Below, piece after piece: positions 32,001-41,069 of a stretch of DNA of 64,000 nucleotides. The notes under the pieces are model-generated. The model was not told the origin of the DNA. It did no database searches and saw only the letters and a list, made by a program, of their open reading frames with translations. This DNA is from Nostoc sp. DedSLP01. GTDB lineage: Bacteria; Cyanobacteriota; Cyanobacteriia; Cyanobacteriales; Nostocaceae. The DNA lies in NCBI GenBank assembly GCA_034530875.2, contig JAVRCJ020000016.1:64001-128000 (forward strand), written 5' to 3'. The stretch's first letter is position 1. The number at the start of each line of letters is the position of its first letter. The position numbers and the translations under genes are program-made.

Positions 32001-34852
32001 TTCAAATTATCTCAAAATTTGACGCTAAAGCTATTAAACCAGAAGTGCTTCTAGTGCTGGGAGCTTTTGTTCTGCACCGCAAATCTCACATCAAAGATAC
32101 CCTCCCACTTTTGCAAGAAGGCTACGTAACTGGTCTAGAAGTTGGCAGTACGAGGTTTGCTGGATATCACGCCCGTACTTTTTGTAATGCTTCTTTTTGG
32201 TGTAATCAGCCTCTTGCTATTGTAGAACAAAATGCTCGTGCTTACTACAATGGGTTGATGCAACTTAACCAAGCGGCACTAGCAAATCATTGTCGCCTTT
32301 CTTGGCAATCGGCATTAAATTTGCTGGGTTTTGGGGAGCATCCTTGTATTTTGTCTGGGGAAGCTGTACAAGAGACAGAAATGCTGCCGCAGCTAATGTC
32401 TGATAATGATGTAAGTGAGTTATGTGTCTTCCATTCATATAAACTTATGCTCTATTTCTTATTTGGAGAAATTGAGCAAGCGCAAAACCATACTGTTGAG
32501 TGCAGTCGCTACTTATCTGCTGCTAAGGGATTAGTTTATGAGCCAGCGTTTTATTTCTATGATTCTTTGATTGCTCTAGCAGCTTTAAATTTGCGATCGG
32601 AACAAGTAACAGAGGTATTGCAAAGGGTAGAGCAGAACCAAATTCAACTACAACACTGGTCGCAATATGCTGCTATGAATTATCAACATAAGGTTGATTT
32701 GGTGGAAGCAGAAAAATGTCGAGTGTTAGGCAAAAAAGCCCAAGCCAGTGAATTATACGATCGCTCAATATCTGGTGCCAAAGCCAACGAATATATCCAA
32801 GAAGAAGCACTGGCTAACGAACTGGCTGCTAAATTCTACCTAGATTGGGGCAAACAGCGGATAGCTGGGGAGTACACGATCGCAGCATACTACGGCTATG
32901 CTCGCTGGGGTGCAAAAGCCAAAGTCGCTGATTTAGAAAAATGCTATCCCCAATTACTCGCCCCAATATTACAGCAGACTCGTTCGACTCTTTCCACCCA
33001 AGAAACTATCTTCGCTGTGGGGACTACTGTTACTTCTACAAGTTCTGCCACTTCTAGCACCAATGTCTCAAATACCTTAGATTTAAAATCTGTTCTCAAA
33101 GCTTCCCATACTATTTCCGGTGAAATCGAACTAGAAAAACTGCTCTCATCATTGCTTTTCATGGTTATGGAAAATGCGGGGGCTGATAAATGCGTGTTAA
33201 TGCTGTTGCGAGACTCGCGCCTGCTAATTAAGGGTTTAATTACCCAGGGAACACAGCCAGTTGTGTTACAGAGAATTCCTGTTGAGGAAAGTCAGGATAT
33301 TCCCCACAAGCTAATTTATAAAGTCAAGCACAGCAATCAAACTGTTGTGCTGGTAAATGCGACAGCAGATCCGATTTTGGCGAATGACCCGTATATTGTG
33401 CGTCAACAGCCGAAAAGTATCTTGTGCAGTCCGATTTTGCATCAAGGCAAGTTGATGGGAATTTTGTATCTAGAAAACAGTTTAGTTACGGGTGCGTTTA
33501 CAAGCGATCGCGTCGAACTACTGAATTTACTTTGCACTCAAGCCGCAATTTCCCTAGAAAATGCCCAACTTTATGAACGTTCTCAGGAATATGCCCAGCA
33601 GTTAGAACAGTCATTGGCTGAATTGAGTACTGCACAGTCTCGCTTCCACAACTTAGTAGACAATGTGCCTGGTGTAGTCTACCAGTATTACATGGCTCCT
33701 GATGGCGCGATTTCATTAGCCTATATTAGTGCTGACTGTCACAGCCTATTTGAAATTACTCCCGAACAAGCCGCAGCCCAAGCAGAGTTTCTCACAGAAC
33801 TGGTGCATCCAGAAGATATGCTCAGTTTTCAGCAGTCTAGGACTGATGCCATTCAAACTCATTCGTCTTGGCAATGGTCAGGGCGAATCGTCACTCGATC
33901 GGGACTCATTAAATGGATTCATGGCGAAGGGCGAATTGAAGAGCGTGCTGATGGTTCGGTAGTTTGGGATGGATTGTTTTTGGACATTAGCGATCGTAAA
34001 CAAGCTGAACTTGCCTTGCAACAAGCCCAATTACAAATTATCCAAAGTGAAAAAATGTCTGCACTGGGTAACTTAGTTGCTGGTGTTGCTCACGAAATGA
34101 ATAATCCATTAGGTTTTATTGCCGCTAGTCTTCAACAAGCTAAACCCTCTTTTGCTGATATTGTCGATCACCTAAAACTCTATCAAGAAACTTACCAAAA
34201 CCAGAGTGAAGAAATTATTGACCATGCCGAAGAAATTGATTTGGAATATCTCATGGAAGATTTACCAAAAGTGATTGATTCTATGACAATGGCGTGCGAC
34301 AGGCTGAAAAATATCAGCACCAGTTTACGTACTTTCTCTCGTGCCGATCGCGATTACAAAGTACCATTTAATCTTCACGAAGGTATTGATAGTACCATTC
34401 TTATTCTCAAACATCGCCTTAAGGCTAACGAACAACATCCGGCAATTGAAGTAGTAACTAATTACGGTAATTTACCGCCAATAGAATGTTTTCCTGGACA
34501 ACTAAATCAGGTGTTTATGAACATCTTAGCAAATGCTATTGATGCTTTAGAAGATGCAAATCATGGGCGTAATTTCGTAGATATTCAAGCTAATCCTAAC
34601 CGTATCACTATTACCACTTTAATAGCAGATTGTTGTGTCAAAATTGTCATTGCTGATAATGCTAAGGGGATGAGTCCAGAAGTCCAACAAAAAATCTTTG
34701 ACAATTTATTTACGACGAAAGCTGTCGGAAAAGGGACGGGGTTAGGATTGGCTATAGCAAAACAAATCGTCGAACAAACCCACGGTGGAAAATTGTCTTG
34801 TCACTCTGTTATCAATCAAGGTACGCAATTTATTATTGAAATTCCCGGATAA
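29063..34852 (+). CDS. Multidomain Ser/Thr kinase - AAA ATPase - GAF - PAS - histidine kinase
   Basis: HKDIKPAN, DFS, SPE; GFSGIGKT, FLDDLQWAD; GAF ILCSPI...GILYLEN; PAS; HEMNNPL, NILANA, IADN, GTGLGL. Confidence 0.93.
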   Translation: MVSAVASILGYCIIEELYSGSRTQVYRAVRESDLAPVAIKLLKNPFPSFHELLSFRNQYTIAKNLHSSCIIQTYSLEPFQNGYILVMEDFGGISLNDYFAKNQSVVFLKEFLVIAIALCDTLDILYRDRIIHKDIKPANILINPETKQVKLIDFSIASLLPRETQTLVNPNVLEGTLAYISPEQTGRMNRGIDYRTDFYSLGVTFYELLTGELPFASNDPMELVHSHLAKLPEKLSNPKTELPSVLGEIVMKLMAKNAEDRYQSALGLKFDLENCLQQLEATGEIKSFEIAQRDVCDRFLIPDKIYGREAEVQTLLQAFDRVSLGATEMMLVAGFSGIGKTAVVNEVHKPIVRQRGYFIKGKYDQFQRNIPFSAFVQAFRDLMEQLLTESDVQIQQWKNKILEAVGENGQVIIEVIPELSRIIGEQPPAIELSGTAAENRFNLLFQKFTSVFTSAEHPLVMFLDDLQWADSASLKLMQLLMADTSHLFIIGAYRDNEVNPGHPLMLTLSDIQKTQATINTITLAPLSQEQVNKLVADTLKCSENLAVSISQLIYQKTKGNPFFAVQFLKALHQDRLIQFDFELGCWQCDITQVTTQAVTDDVVTFMGFQLRKLPQSTQDLLQLAACIGSQFDLATLAIVSEQSELETATALWKALQEGLILPIGDVYKFYIGQENQVCTLANQQNVTYKFLHDRIQQAAYSLIPDDQKQITHHQIGQLLLQQISPTAREERIFEIVNQLNYGTTLITQQAEREELAQLNLIACRKAKNSTAYQAASEYAKVGLSLLGEKAWQQQYEMSLAFYELAAEIASLCGEFAVMEQLVDSVIEQAHSLLEKVNVYCIIIQSYVFQNKPVEALDIGQKLLQQLGVTFPESPTPVDIQQSIQEIKELIGDREIADLIDLPVMTDRQILAIIQIASISISPAYNCGSILCPLLMALSVKLSIQHGNTVTSAFSYANYGFLLCNLFQDVDTGTKFGQLSLQIISKFDAKAIKPEVLLVLGAFVLHRKSHIKDTLPLLQEGYVTGLEVGSTRFAGYHARTFCNASFWCNQPLAIVEQNARAYYNGLMQLNQAALANHCRLSWQSALNLLGFGEHPCILSGEAVQETEMLPQLMSDNDVSELCVFHSYKLMLYFLFGEIEQAQNHTVECSRYLSAAKGLVYEPAFYFYDSLIALAALNLRSEQVTEVLQRVEQNQIQLQHWSQYAAMNYQHKVDLVEAEKCRVLGKKAQASELYDRSISGAKANEYIQEEALANELAAKFYLDWGKQRIAGEYTIAAYYGYARWGAKAKVADLEKCYPQLLAPILQQTRSTLSTQETIFAVGTTVTSTSSATSSTNVSNTLDLKSVLKASHTISGEIELEKLLSSLLFMVMENAGADKCVLMLLRDSRLLIKGLITQGTQPVVLQRIPVEESQDIPHKLIYKVKHSNQTVVLVNATADPILANDPYIVRQQPKSILCSPILHQGKLMGILYLENSLVTGAFTSDRVELLNLLCTQAAISLENAQLYERSQEYAQQLEQSLAELSTAQSRFHNLVDNVPGVVYQYYMAPDGAISLAYISADCHSLFEITPEQAAAQAEFLTELVHPEDMLSFQQSRTDAIQTHSSWQWSGRIVTRSGLIKWIHGEGRIEERADGSVVWDGLFLDISDRKQAELALQQAQLQIIQSEKMSALGNLVAGVAHEMNNPLGFIAASLQQAKPSFADIVDHLKLYQETYQNQSEEIIDHAEEIDLEYLMEDLPKVIDSMTMACDRLKNISTSLRTFSRADRDYKVPFNLHEGIDSTILILKHRLKANEQHPAIEVVTNYGNLPPIECFPGQLNQVFMNILANAIDALEDANHGRNFVDIQANPNRITITTLIADCCVKIVIADNAKGMSPEVQQKIFDNLFTTKAVGKGTGLGLAIAKQIVEQTHGGKLSCHSVINQGTQFIIEIPG

Positions 34853-34888
34853 ATTTTTGTGAGGTCATCAAAATAAGTTGATATCTCT

Positions 34889-34897
34889 GGGAATACT
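34889..34897 (+). promoter_or_regulatory. Putative SigJ -10 element (J-box GGGAATACT)
   Basis: Exact GGGAATACT 30 nt before the ATG of the second kinase. Confidence 0.6.
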
Positions 34898-34927
34898 AAA
34901 TCGAGAAACTTTGAGGATAAGCGTAGT

Positions 34928-37900
34928 ATGAACGGTACTCTTGCCAGTATTCCTGGATATTATGTAACTGAAGAACTCTACAATGGTTCCAGAACAAGAG
35001 TTTATCGAGCAGTTCGAGAAACTGACTCATTACCAGTAGCTCTCAAACTACTGAAAAATCCTTATCCCAGCTTCCACGAACTCTTATCGTTTCGCAATCA
35101 ATACACTATCGCCAAAAATCTCAACTCACCTTTGATTGTTCAAACCTTTAGCCTCGAACCTTACCAAAATGGTTATGCACTGGTAATGGAAGATTTTGGC
35201 GGGACTTCTCTCAAAAATTATTTTGACGACGTGCAGACGTTACATCTAACGTCTGTACAGGAATTTTTACAAATAGCAGTGGCACTGTGCAACACATTAG
35301 ATATACTCTACCGCGAACGCATTATTCATAAAGATATTAAACCCGCCAATATATTAATTAATCCCGAAACCAAGCAAGTTAAATTAATCGACTTCAGTAT
35401 TGCCTCTTTATTACCACGGGAAACACAAACTCTAGTTAACCCCAATGTGTTAGAAGGGACGCTGGCTTACATTTCTCCAGAACAAACAGGGAGAATGAAT
35501 CGTGGAATTGATTATCGCACAGACTTCTATTCTTTGGGTGTAACTTTTTATGAATTACTGACAGGAGAGTTACCTTTTGCGTCAAATGACCCAATGGAAT
35601 TAGTGCATTGTCACCTTGCTCAAACAGCACCATTAGCGCATGAAATCAATTCCAAAATTCCTGCGGTCATTTCCATAATTATCAGCAAATTAATCGCCAA
35701 AAATGCTGAAGATAGATATCAAAGCGCATTGGGATTGAAATACGATTTAGAAAATTGTTTACATCAATTAAAAGAAACTGGCAAAATTGAGAGTTTTGAA
35801 ATTGCACAGCGTGATGTGTGCGATCGCTTCCTCATTCCTGATAAAATTTATGGAAGAGAAGCTGAAGTTCAAACTCTACTGCAAGCATTTGATAGAGTCA
35901 GTCTTGGTGCAACAGAAATGATGCTCGTTGCCGGTTTTTCAGGGATTGGTAAAACTGCGGTTGTCAATGAAGTACATAAACCAATTGTCAGACAACGCGG
36001 CTATTTTATCAAAGGTAAATATGACCAATTTCAACGCAATATTCCCTTCTCTGCTTTTGTGCAAGCATTCCGGGATTTAATGGAGCAATTATTAACAGAA
36101 AGTGATGTCCAAATTCAGCAATGGAAAAATAAAATATTAGAGGCTGTTGGTGAAAATGGGCAGGTAATTATTGAAGTAATTCCCGAACTTTCCAGAATTA
36201 TTGGCGAACAACCACCAGCAATAGAGTTATCAGGAACAGCAGCAGAAAATCGCTTCAATTTATTATTCCAAAAATTTACTTCTGTCTTTACTAGTGCATC
36301 ACATCCATTAGTAATATTTTTAGATGACTTGCAATGGGCAGATTCGGCATCGCTGAAATTAATGCAGCTATTAATGGCTGATACAAGTCATCTTTTTATT
36401 ATCGGTGCCTACCGCGATAACGAAGTCAATCCCGCACATCCATTAATGTTGACTTTGAATGAAATTGCGAAATCACAAGCAAAAATTAATACGATTACTT
36501 TAGCACCACTGAGTCAAGTACAAGTAAATAAGTTAGTAGCTGACACGCTCAAATGTTCAGAAGATTTGGCATGGAATCTTTCTGTATTGATTTATCAAAA
36601 AACTCAAGGAAATCCATTTTTTGCCACACAGTTTCTCAAAGCATTACATCAAGATGGATTAATTCAATTTGACTTTGAGTTAGGCTGTTGGCAATGCAAT
36701 TTATCAGAAGTGACAGCTCAAGCAGTTACAGATGACGTTGTAACTTTTATGAGTTTGCAACTGCAAAAATTACCGCGATCGACTCAAAATGTCTTGCAAT
36801 TAGCGGCTTGTATTGGCAACTCTTTTGATTTAGCAACTTTGGCGATTGTTTCGCAGCAATCGGAAATTGAGACGGCTGCGGCTTTGTGGAAAGCTTTGCA
36901 AGAAGGGTTGATTTTACCAATTGGTGATGTTTATAAGTTTTATCAACAAGAGTCATTAGTCATTGGTCATTTGTCATTAGACAAGAGCAAACAAATGACC
37001 CTTACGGGTGACGCTCGCAGGCTCGCTAACGCTGCGCTAACGGCAGTTGCTTCAAGTCGGGGAACCCGCCCAACGCACTGCCTCACCAATGACCAAGGAC
37101 AAATGACAGTTTCTTACAAATTCTTACATGACCGAGTACAGCAAGCAGCTTATTCCCTGATTCCTGATGACCAAAAGCAGACGACTCATTACCAAATCGG
37201 ACAACTGCTGCTGCAACAAATTTCCGCACAAGCAAGAGAAGACCGGATTTTTGAAATCGTCAATCAATTAAATTACGGCACGGCTTTAATTAGCGAACAA
37301 ACTCAACGAGATGAACTAGCACAACTGAATCTGATTGCATCTCGCAAAGCCAAAAATTCCACCGCCTATCAAGCAGCGCATGAATATGTCACAGTGGGAT
37401 TGTCTTTGTTGGGAGAAAATACTTGGCAGCAGCAATACGAAATGACCCTCGCCTTGCATGAATTAGCGGCGGAAATAGCACTGCTAAATGGTAGTTTTGA
37501 GGCGATGGAACAGTTCATTGATACTGTCATTGAACAGGCACATTCTTTATTAGAAAAGGTGAATGTTTACTGTATTAGAATTCAATCTCAGATTTTCCAA
37601 AGTAAATTGACCTCAGCGATCGCGATCGCCCAACCAGTCTTACAACAGCTTGGTGTCACCTTTCCTGAAACACCCACACCATCAGATCTGCAACAAGAAA
37701 TCCAAGAGATTGAGGAACTGATTGGCGATCGGGAAATTACCGATTTGGTTAACTTGCCACAGATGAGGGATGCAGAAAAACTCGCTACTCTCAAGATTGT
37801 CAATATCATCAGCCCAGCAGCTTACCTCACTGGCTCAACGTTGTACCCATTGCTGAATACTTTGTCCGTTAAACTCTCGATTCAGTACGGTAACACATCG

Positions 37901-40819
37901 ACTTCTACTTTCGGCTATGCGAACTATGGCAATATTCTCTGCAATTTCTTCCAAGTCGTAGATACAGGAACGCAGTTTGGTTCTCTAGCACTCCAGATTA
38001 TCTCAAAACTCGATGCCAAAGCCAGTAAGACAGAGATTTTGATGATTTTGGGGATATTTATTGTACACCGCAAATCTCACGTTAAAGAAACACTACCCAT
38101 GTTGCAAGAAGGTTACACCAGTGCCCTAGAATTTGGCAACCTAGTACTTGCTGGATATAATGGGCACACTTTTTGTCTTAATTCTTTTTGGTGTAATCAA
38201 CCCCTGGCTACCTTAGAGCAGGATATTAGCGCCTACTGCCATAGTTTGATGCAAATAAATCAATTGACAACCGCAAATTATTGTCGGATTTATTGGCAAC
38301 CGGTTTTAAATCTACTTGGTTTTGCAGAACATACAACCCTTTTGTCTGGAAAAGCCCTGGAAGAAACAGAATTTCTCCAGCAGCTACAATCTACCAATGA
38401 TGGATATGGATTGTATATTTTCCATTTGTATAAATTAATGCTTTGTTTCTTGTTTGGAGAAATTGAGCCAGCGAAAAATCATGCTATTGAAGTCAGGCGC
38501 TATTTTATGGCTGGTGCGGGATTAGTCAGCGAACCAGTATTTTATCTTTATGATTCTCTGCTGACTTTGGCACAATTGAATCCACAGTTAGAAGAAACAT
38601 CAGCAGCATTGCAGAGTGTAATAGAAAACCAAACCCGCTTACAGCAATGGGCGCATCATGCACCCATGAATTACCAGCATAAGCTGGATTTGGTAGAGGC
38701 AGAAAAATATCGGGTATTAGGCAAGAATTATGAAGCAGGGGATTATTACGATCGCGCTATTTCTCTTGCTAAAGCCAACAGCTACATCCAAGAAGAAGCC
38801 TTAGCTAACGAACTAGCAGCTAAATTCTACCTGGGCTGGGGTAAAGCCAAAGTTGCCGCCGGCTATATGCAAGAAGCTTACTATTGTTACGCCAAATGGG
38901 GTGCAAAAGCCAAAGTTGCCGATTTAGAAAAACGCTATCCCCAATTACTTGCCCCCATATTACAGCAAACTCGTTCGACCCTCTCAATTAAGGAAACCAT
39001 CATCCCCTTGGGGACTGTTACCTCCACAAGTTCTGCCACTTCTAGCAGCAGTGTTTCAAATACCCTAGATTTAGAAGCGATTCTCAAAGCTTCCCACACT
39101 ATCTCCAGTGAAATCGAACTCGAAAAACTGCTTGCATCGTTACTAAGAATCGTCATCGAAAATGCGGGGGCTGATAAATGTGTATTAATGCTGTTGCGAG
39201 ACAATCGCCTGTTAATTAAAGGATCGATGTCCCAGGGAACACAGCCAGTAGTGTTGCAGAGAATTCCTGTTGAAGATAGTCAAGATATTCCCCACAAACT
39301 AATTTACAAAGTCAAGCACAACAATCAAACTCTTGTCCTGGTAGATGCAACAGCAGATCCGCTTTTAGGCAATGACCCGTATATTGTGCGTCAACAGCCG
39401 AAAAGTATCTTGTGTAGCCCGATTTTGCATCAAGGCAAGTTGATGGGGATTTTGTACCTGGAAAACAGTTTAGTTACAGGGGCGTTTACAAGCGATCGCG
39501 TTGAAATACTCAATTTACTTTGCGCTCAAGCCGCAATTTCTCTAGAAAATGCTCGTCTTTACGAGCAAGCCCAACAAATGCTAGCACAACTGAGTGCCAG
39601 CAAAGCCCGCTTTCAAAAGCTGGCGGATAATCTTCCTGGCATAATTTACCAGCTTTGCCTCGCTCCCGATGGTTCTGTTTCAGTTCCCTACGTTAGTCCG
39701 GGGTGCGCGGCTCTATATGAAGTGCCACCCGAAGATTTCTTGGCAGGCATCACAGATTTTCGGATGCTGGAGCATCCAGACGATCGCTCAACCCTCACCG
39801 AAGCGTTCATTGATTCTGCCGAGACTCTCGCACCTTTTGAGCAAGAATGGCGCATTATTACGACTTCTGGCATTGTGAAATGGGTGCAGGCGGCATCACG
39901 ACCGGAACGGCAAGCCGACGGTTCGATCGTTTGGGATGGCGTGATGATGGACATTAGCGATCGCAAACAAGCAGAATTTGCCTTGCAACAAGCGCAATTA
40001 CAAATAATTCAAAGTGAGAAAATGTCTGCTTTGGGTAACTTAGTTGCTGGTGTCGCTCACGAAATGAATAATCCTTTGGGCTTTATTTCTGCCAGTATTA
40101 AACAAGCTAAACCCATCTTTGCTGATATTTTTGAACACTTAAAACTCTATCAAGAAACTTTTCCGAATAAGAGTGAAGAAATCGAAGACCACGCTCAAGA
40201 AATTGACTTGGAATATAGCTTAGAAGATTTGCCAAAAATGCTCAATTCCATGACTTTGGCGTGCGATAGGCTGAAAAATATCAGCACCAGTTTACGTACT
40301 TTCTCTCGTGCAGATCGCGATTACAAAGTGCCATTTAATCTTCACGAAGGCATTGAGAGTACAATTTTAATTCTCAAACATCGTTTGAAAGCTAACGAGC
40401 AACGTCCGGCAATTGAAATTGTCACTAACTACGGTAATTTACCGCAAATAGAATGTTTTCCTGGGCAATTAAATCAGGTCTTTATGAATATTCTTGCCAA
40501 CGCTATTGATGCTTTAGACGAGTCGAATCTCGAACGAAGTATGGCGGATATTCAAGCCAATCCCAACCGCATTACTATTACCACTGAACTAGCAGATAAT
40601 TTTGTGAAGATGAAGATTGCTGATAATGCTATGGGAATGAGCGAAGAAATTAAACAAAAGATATTTGACAATTTATTTACTACGAAAGCTGTCGGAAAAG
40701 GCACGGGATTGGGATTGGCGATCGCCCGTCAAATCGTCGAAAAAACTCACGGTGGAAAACTAAGTTGCAAATCTGTTCTGGGTGAAGGAACAGAATTTTT
40801 AATTGAAATTCCAGTGTAA
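34928..40819 (+). CDS. Multidomain Ser/Thr kinase - AAA ATPase - GAF - PAS - histidine kinase, tandem paralogue
   Basis: Same motif series as 29063-34852, plus repeat-derived inserts. Confidence 0.93.
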   Translation: MNGTLASIPGYYVTEELYNGSRTRVYRAVRETDSLPVALKLLKNPYPSFHELLSFRNQYTIAKNLNSPLIVQTFSLEPYQNGYALVMEDFGGTSLKNYFDDVQTLHLTSVQEFLQIAVALCNTLDILYRERIIHKDIKPANILINPETKQVKLIDFSIASLLPRETQTLVNPNVLEGTLAYISPEQTGRMNRGIDYRTDFYSLGVTFYELLTGELPFASNDPMELVHCHLAQTAPLAHEINSKIPAVISIIISKLIAKNAEDRYQSALGLKYDLENCLHQLKETGKIESFEIAQRDVCDRFLIPDKIYGREAEVQTLLQAFDRVSLGATEMMLVAGFSGIGKTAVVNEVHKPIVRQRGYFIKGKYDQFQRNIPFSAFVQAFRDLMEQLLTESDVQIQQWKNKILEAVGENGQVIIEVIPELSRIIGEQPPAIELSGTAAENRFNLLFQKFTSVFTSASHPLVIFLDDLQWADSASLKLMQLLMADTSHLFIIGAYRDNEVNPAHPLMLTLNEIAKSQAKINTITLAPLSQVQVNKLVADTLKCSEDLAWNLSVLIYQKTQGNPFFATQFLKALHQDGLIQFDFELGCWQCNLSEVTAQAVTDDVVTFMSLQLQKLPRSTQNVLQLAACIGNSFDLATLAIVSQQSEIETAAALWKALQEGLILPIGDVYKFYQQESLVIGHLSLDKSKQMTLTGDARRLANAALTAVASSRGTRPTHCLTNDQGQMTVSYKFLHDRVQQAAYSLIPDDQKQTTHYQIGQLLLQQISAQAREDRIFEIVNQLNYGTALISEQTQRDELAQLNLIASRKAKNSTAYQAAHEYVTVGLSLLGENTWQQQYEMTLALHELAAEIALLNGSFEAMEQFIDTVIEQAHSLLEKVNVYCIRIQSQIFQSKLTSAIAIAQPVLQQLGVTFPETPTPSDLQQEIQEIEELIGDREITDLVNLPQMRDAEKLATLKIVNIISPAAYLTGSTLYPLLNTLSVKLSIQYGNTSTSTFGYANYGNILCNFFQVVDTGTQFGSLALQIISKLDAKASKTEILMILGIFIVHRKSHVKETLPMLQEGYTSALEFGNLVLAGYNGHTFCLNSFWCNQPLATLEQDISAYCHSLMQINQLTTANYCRIYWQPVLNLLGFAEHTTLLSGKALEETEFLQQLQSTNDGYGLYIFHLYKLMLCFLFGEIEPAKNHAIEVRRYFMAGAGLVSEPVFYLYDSLLTLAQLNPQLEETSAALQSVIENQTRLQQWAHHAPMNYQHKLDLVEAEKYRVLGKNYEAGDYYDRAISLAKANSYIQEEALANELAAKFYLGWGKAKVAAGYMQEAYYCYAKWGAKAKVADLEKRYPQLLAPILQQTRSTLSIKETIIPLGTVTSTSSATSSSSVSNTLDLEAILKASHTISSEIELEKLLASLLRIVIENAGADKCVLMLLRDNRLLIKGSMSQGTQPVVLQRIPVEDSQDIPHKLIYKVKHNNQTLVLVDATADPLLGNDPYIVRQQPKSILCSPILHQGKLMGILYLENSLVTGAFTSDRVEILNLLCAQAAISLENARLYEQAQQMLAQLSASKARFQKLADNLPGIIYQLCLAPDGSVSVPYVSPGCAALYEVPPEDFLAGITDFRMLEHPDDRSTLTEAFIDSAETLAPFEQEWRIITTSGIVKWVQAASRPERQADGSIVWDGVMMDISDRKQAEFALQQAQLQIIQSEKMSALGNLVAGVAHEMNNPLGFISASIKQAKPIFADIFEHLKLYQETFPNKSEEIEDHAQEIDLEYSLEDLPKMLNSMTLACDRLKNISTSLRTFSRADRDYKVPFNLHEGIESTILILKHRLKANEQRPAIEIVTNYGNLPQIECFPGQLNQVFMNILANAIDALDESNLERSMADIQANPNRITITTELADNFVKMKIADNAMGMSEEIKQKIFDNLFTTKAVGKGTGLGLAIARQIVEKTHGGKLSCKSVLGEGTEFLIEIPV
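36952..37107. repeat. In-frame STRR plus nested SDR-like insertion
   Basis: (GTCATTN)4...CAAATGA [GC-rich hairpins] CCAATGA CCAAGGA CAAATGA; absent from the paralogue. Confidence 0.8.
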
Positions 40820-40849
40820 ATAGCAGCTACACAAACAAAGCCTGCCAGG

Positions 40850-41056
40850 GCGATCGCATCCTAAGCGTGGTTTTTAGTCCCGATGGTAAAACTATTGCTT
40901 TTGCTACTACTGACGGTAGCGTGATTTTATGGGATTGGGATCTAGATTCTCTAATGGTTAGTGCTTGCGATTGATTGGGCGCGAGATTATCTCCAGAATA
41001 GCGCGGCGCTAGAAGAAAGCGATCGTCATCTCTGCGACGGTATCGGTAAAAATTAA
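40850..41056 (+). pseudogene. C-terminal remnant of a WD40-repeat protein
   Basis: ILSVVFSPDGKTIAFATTDGSVILWDWDLDSLMVSACD, then a 4-bp GATT duplication frameshift, then WARDYLQNSAALEESDRHLCDGIGKN*. Confidence 0.8.
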
Positions 41057-41069
41057 TTTCACCTCTGTC

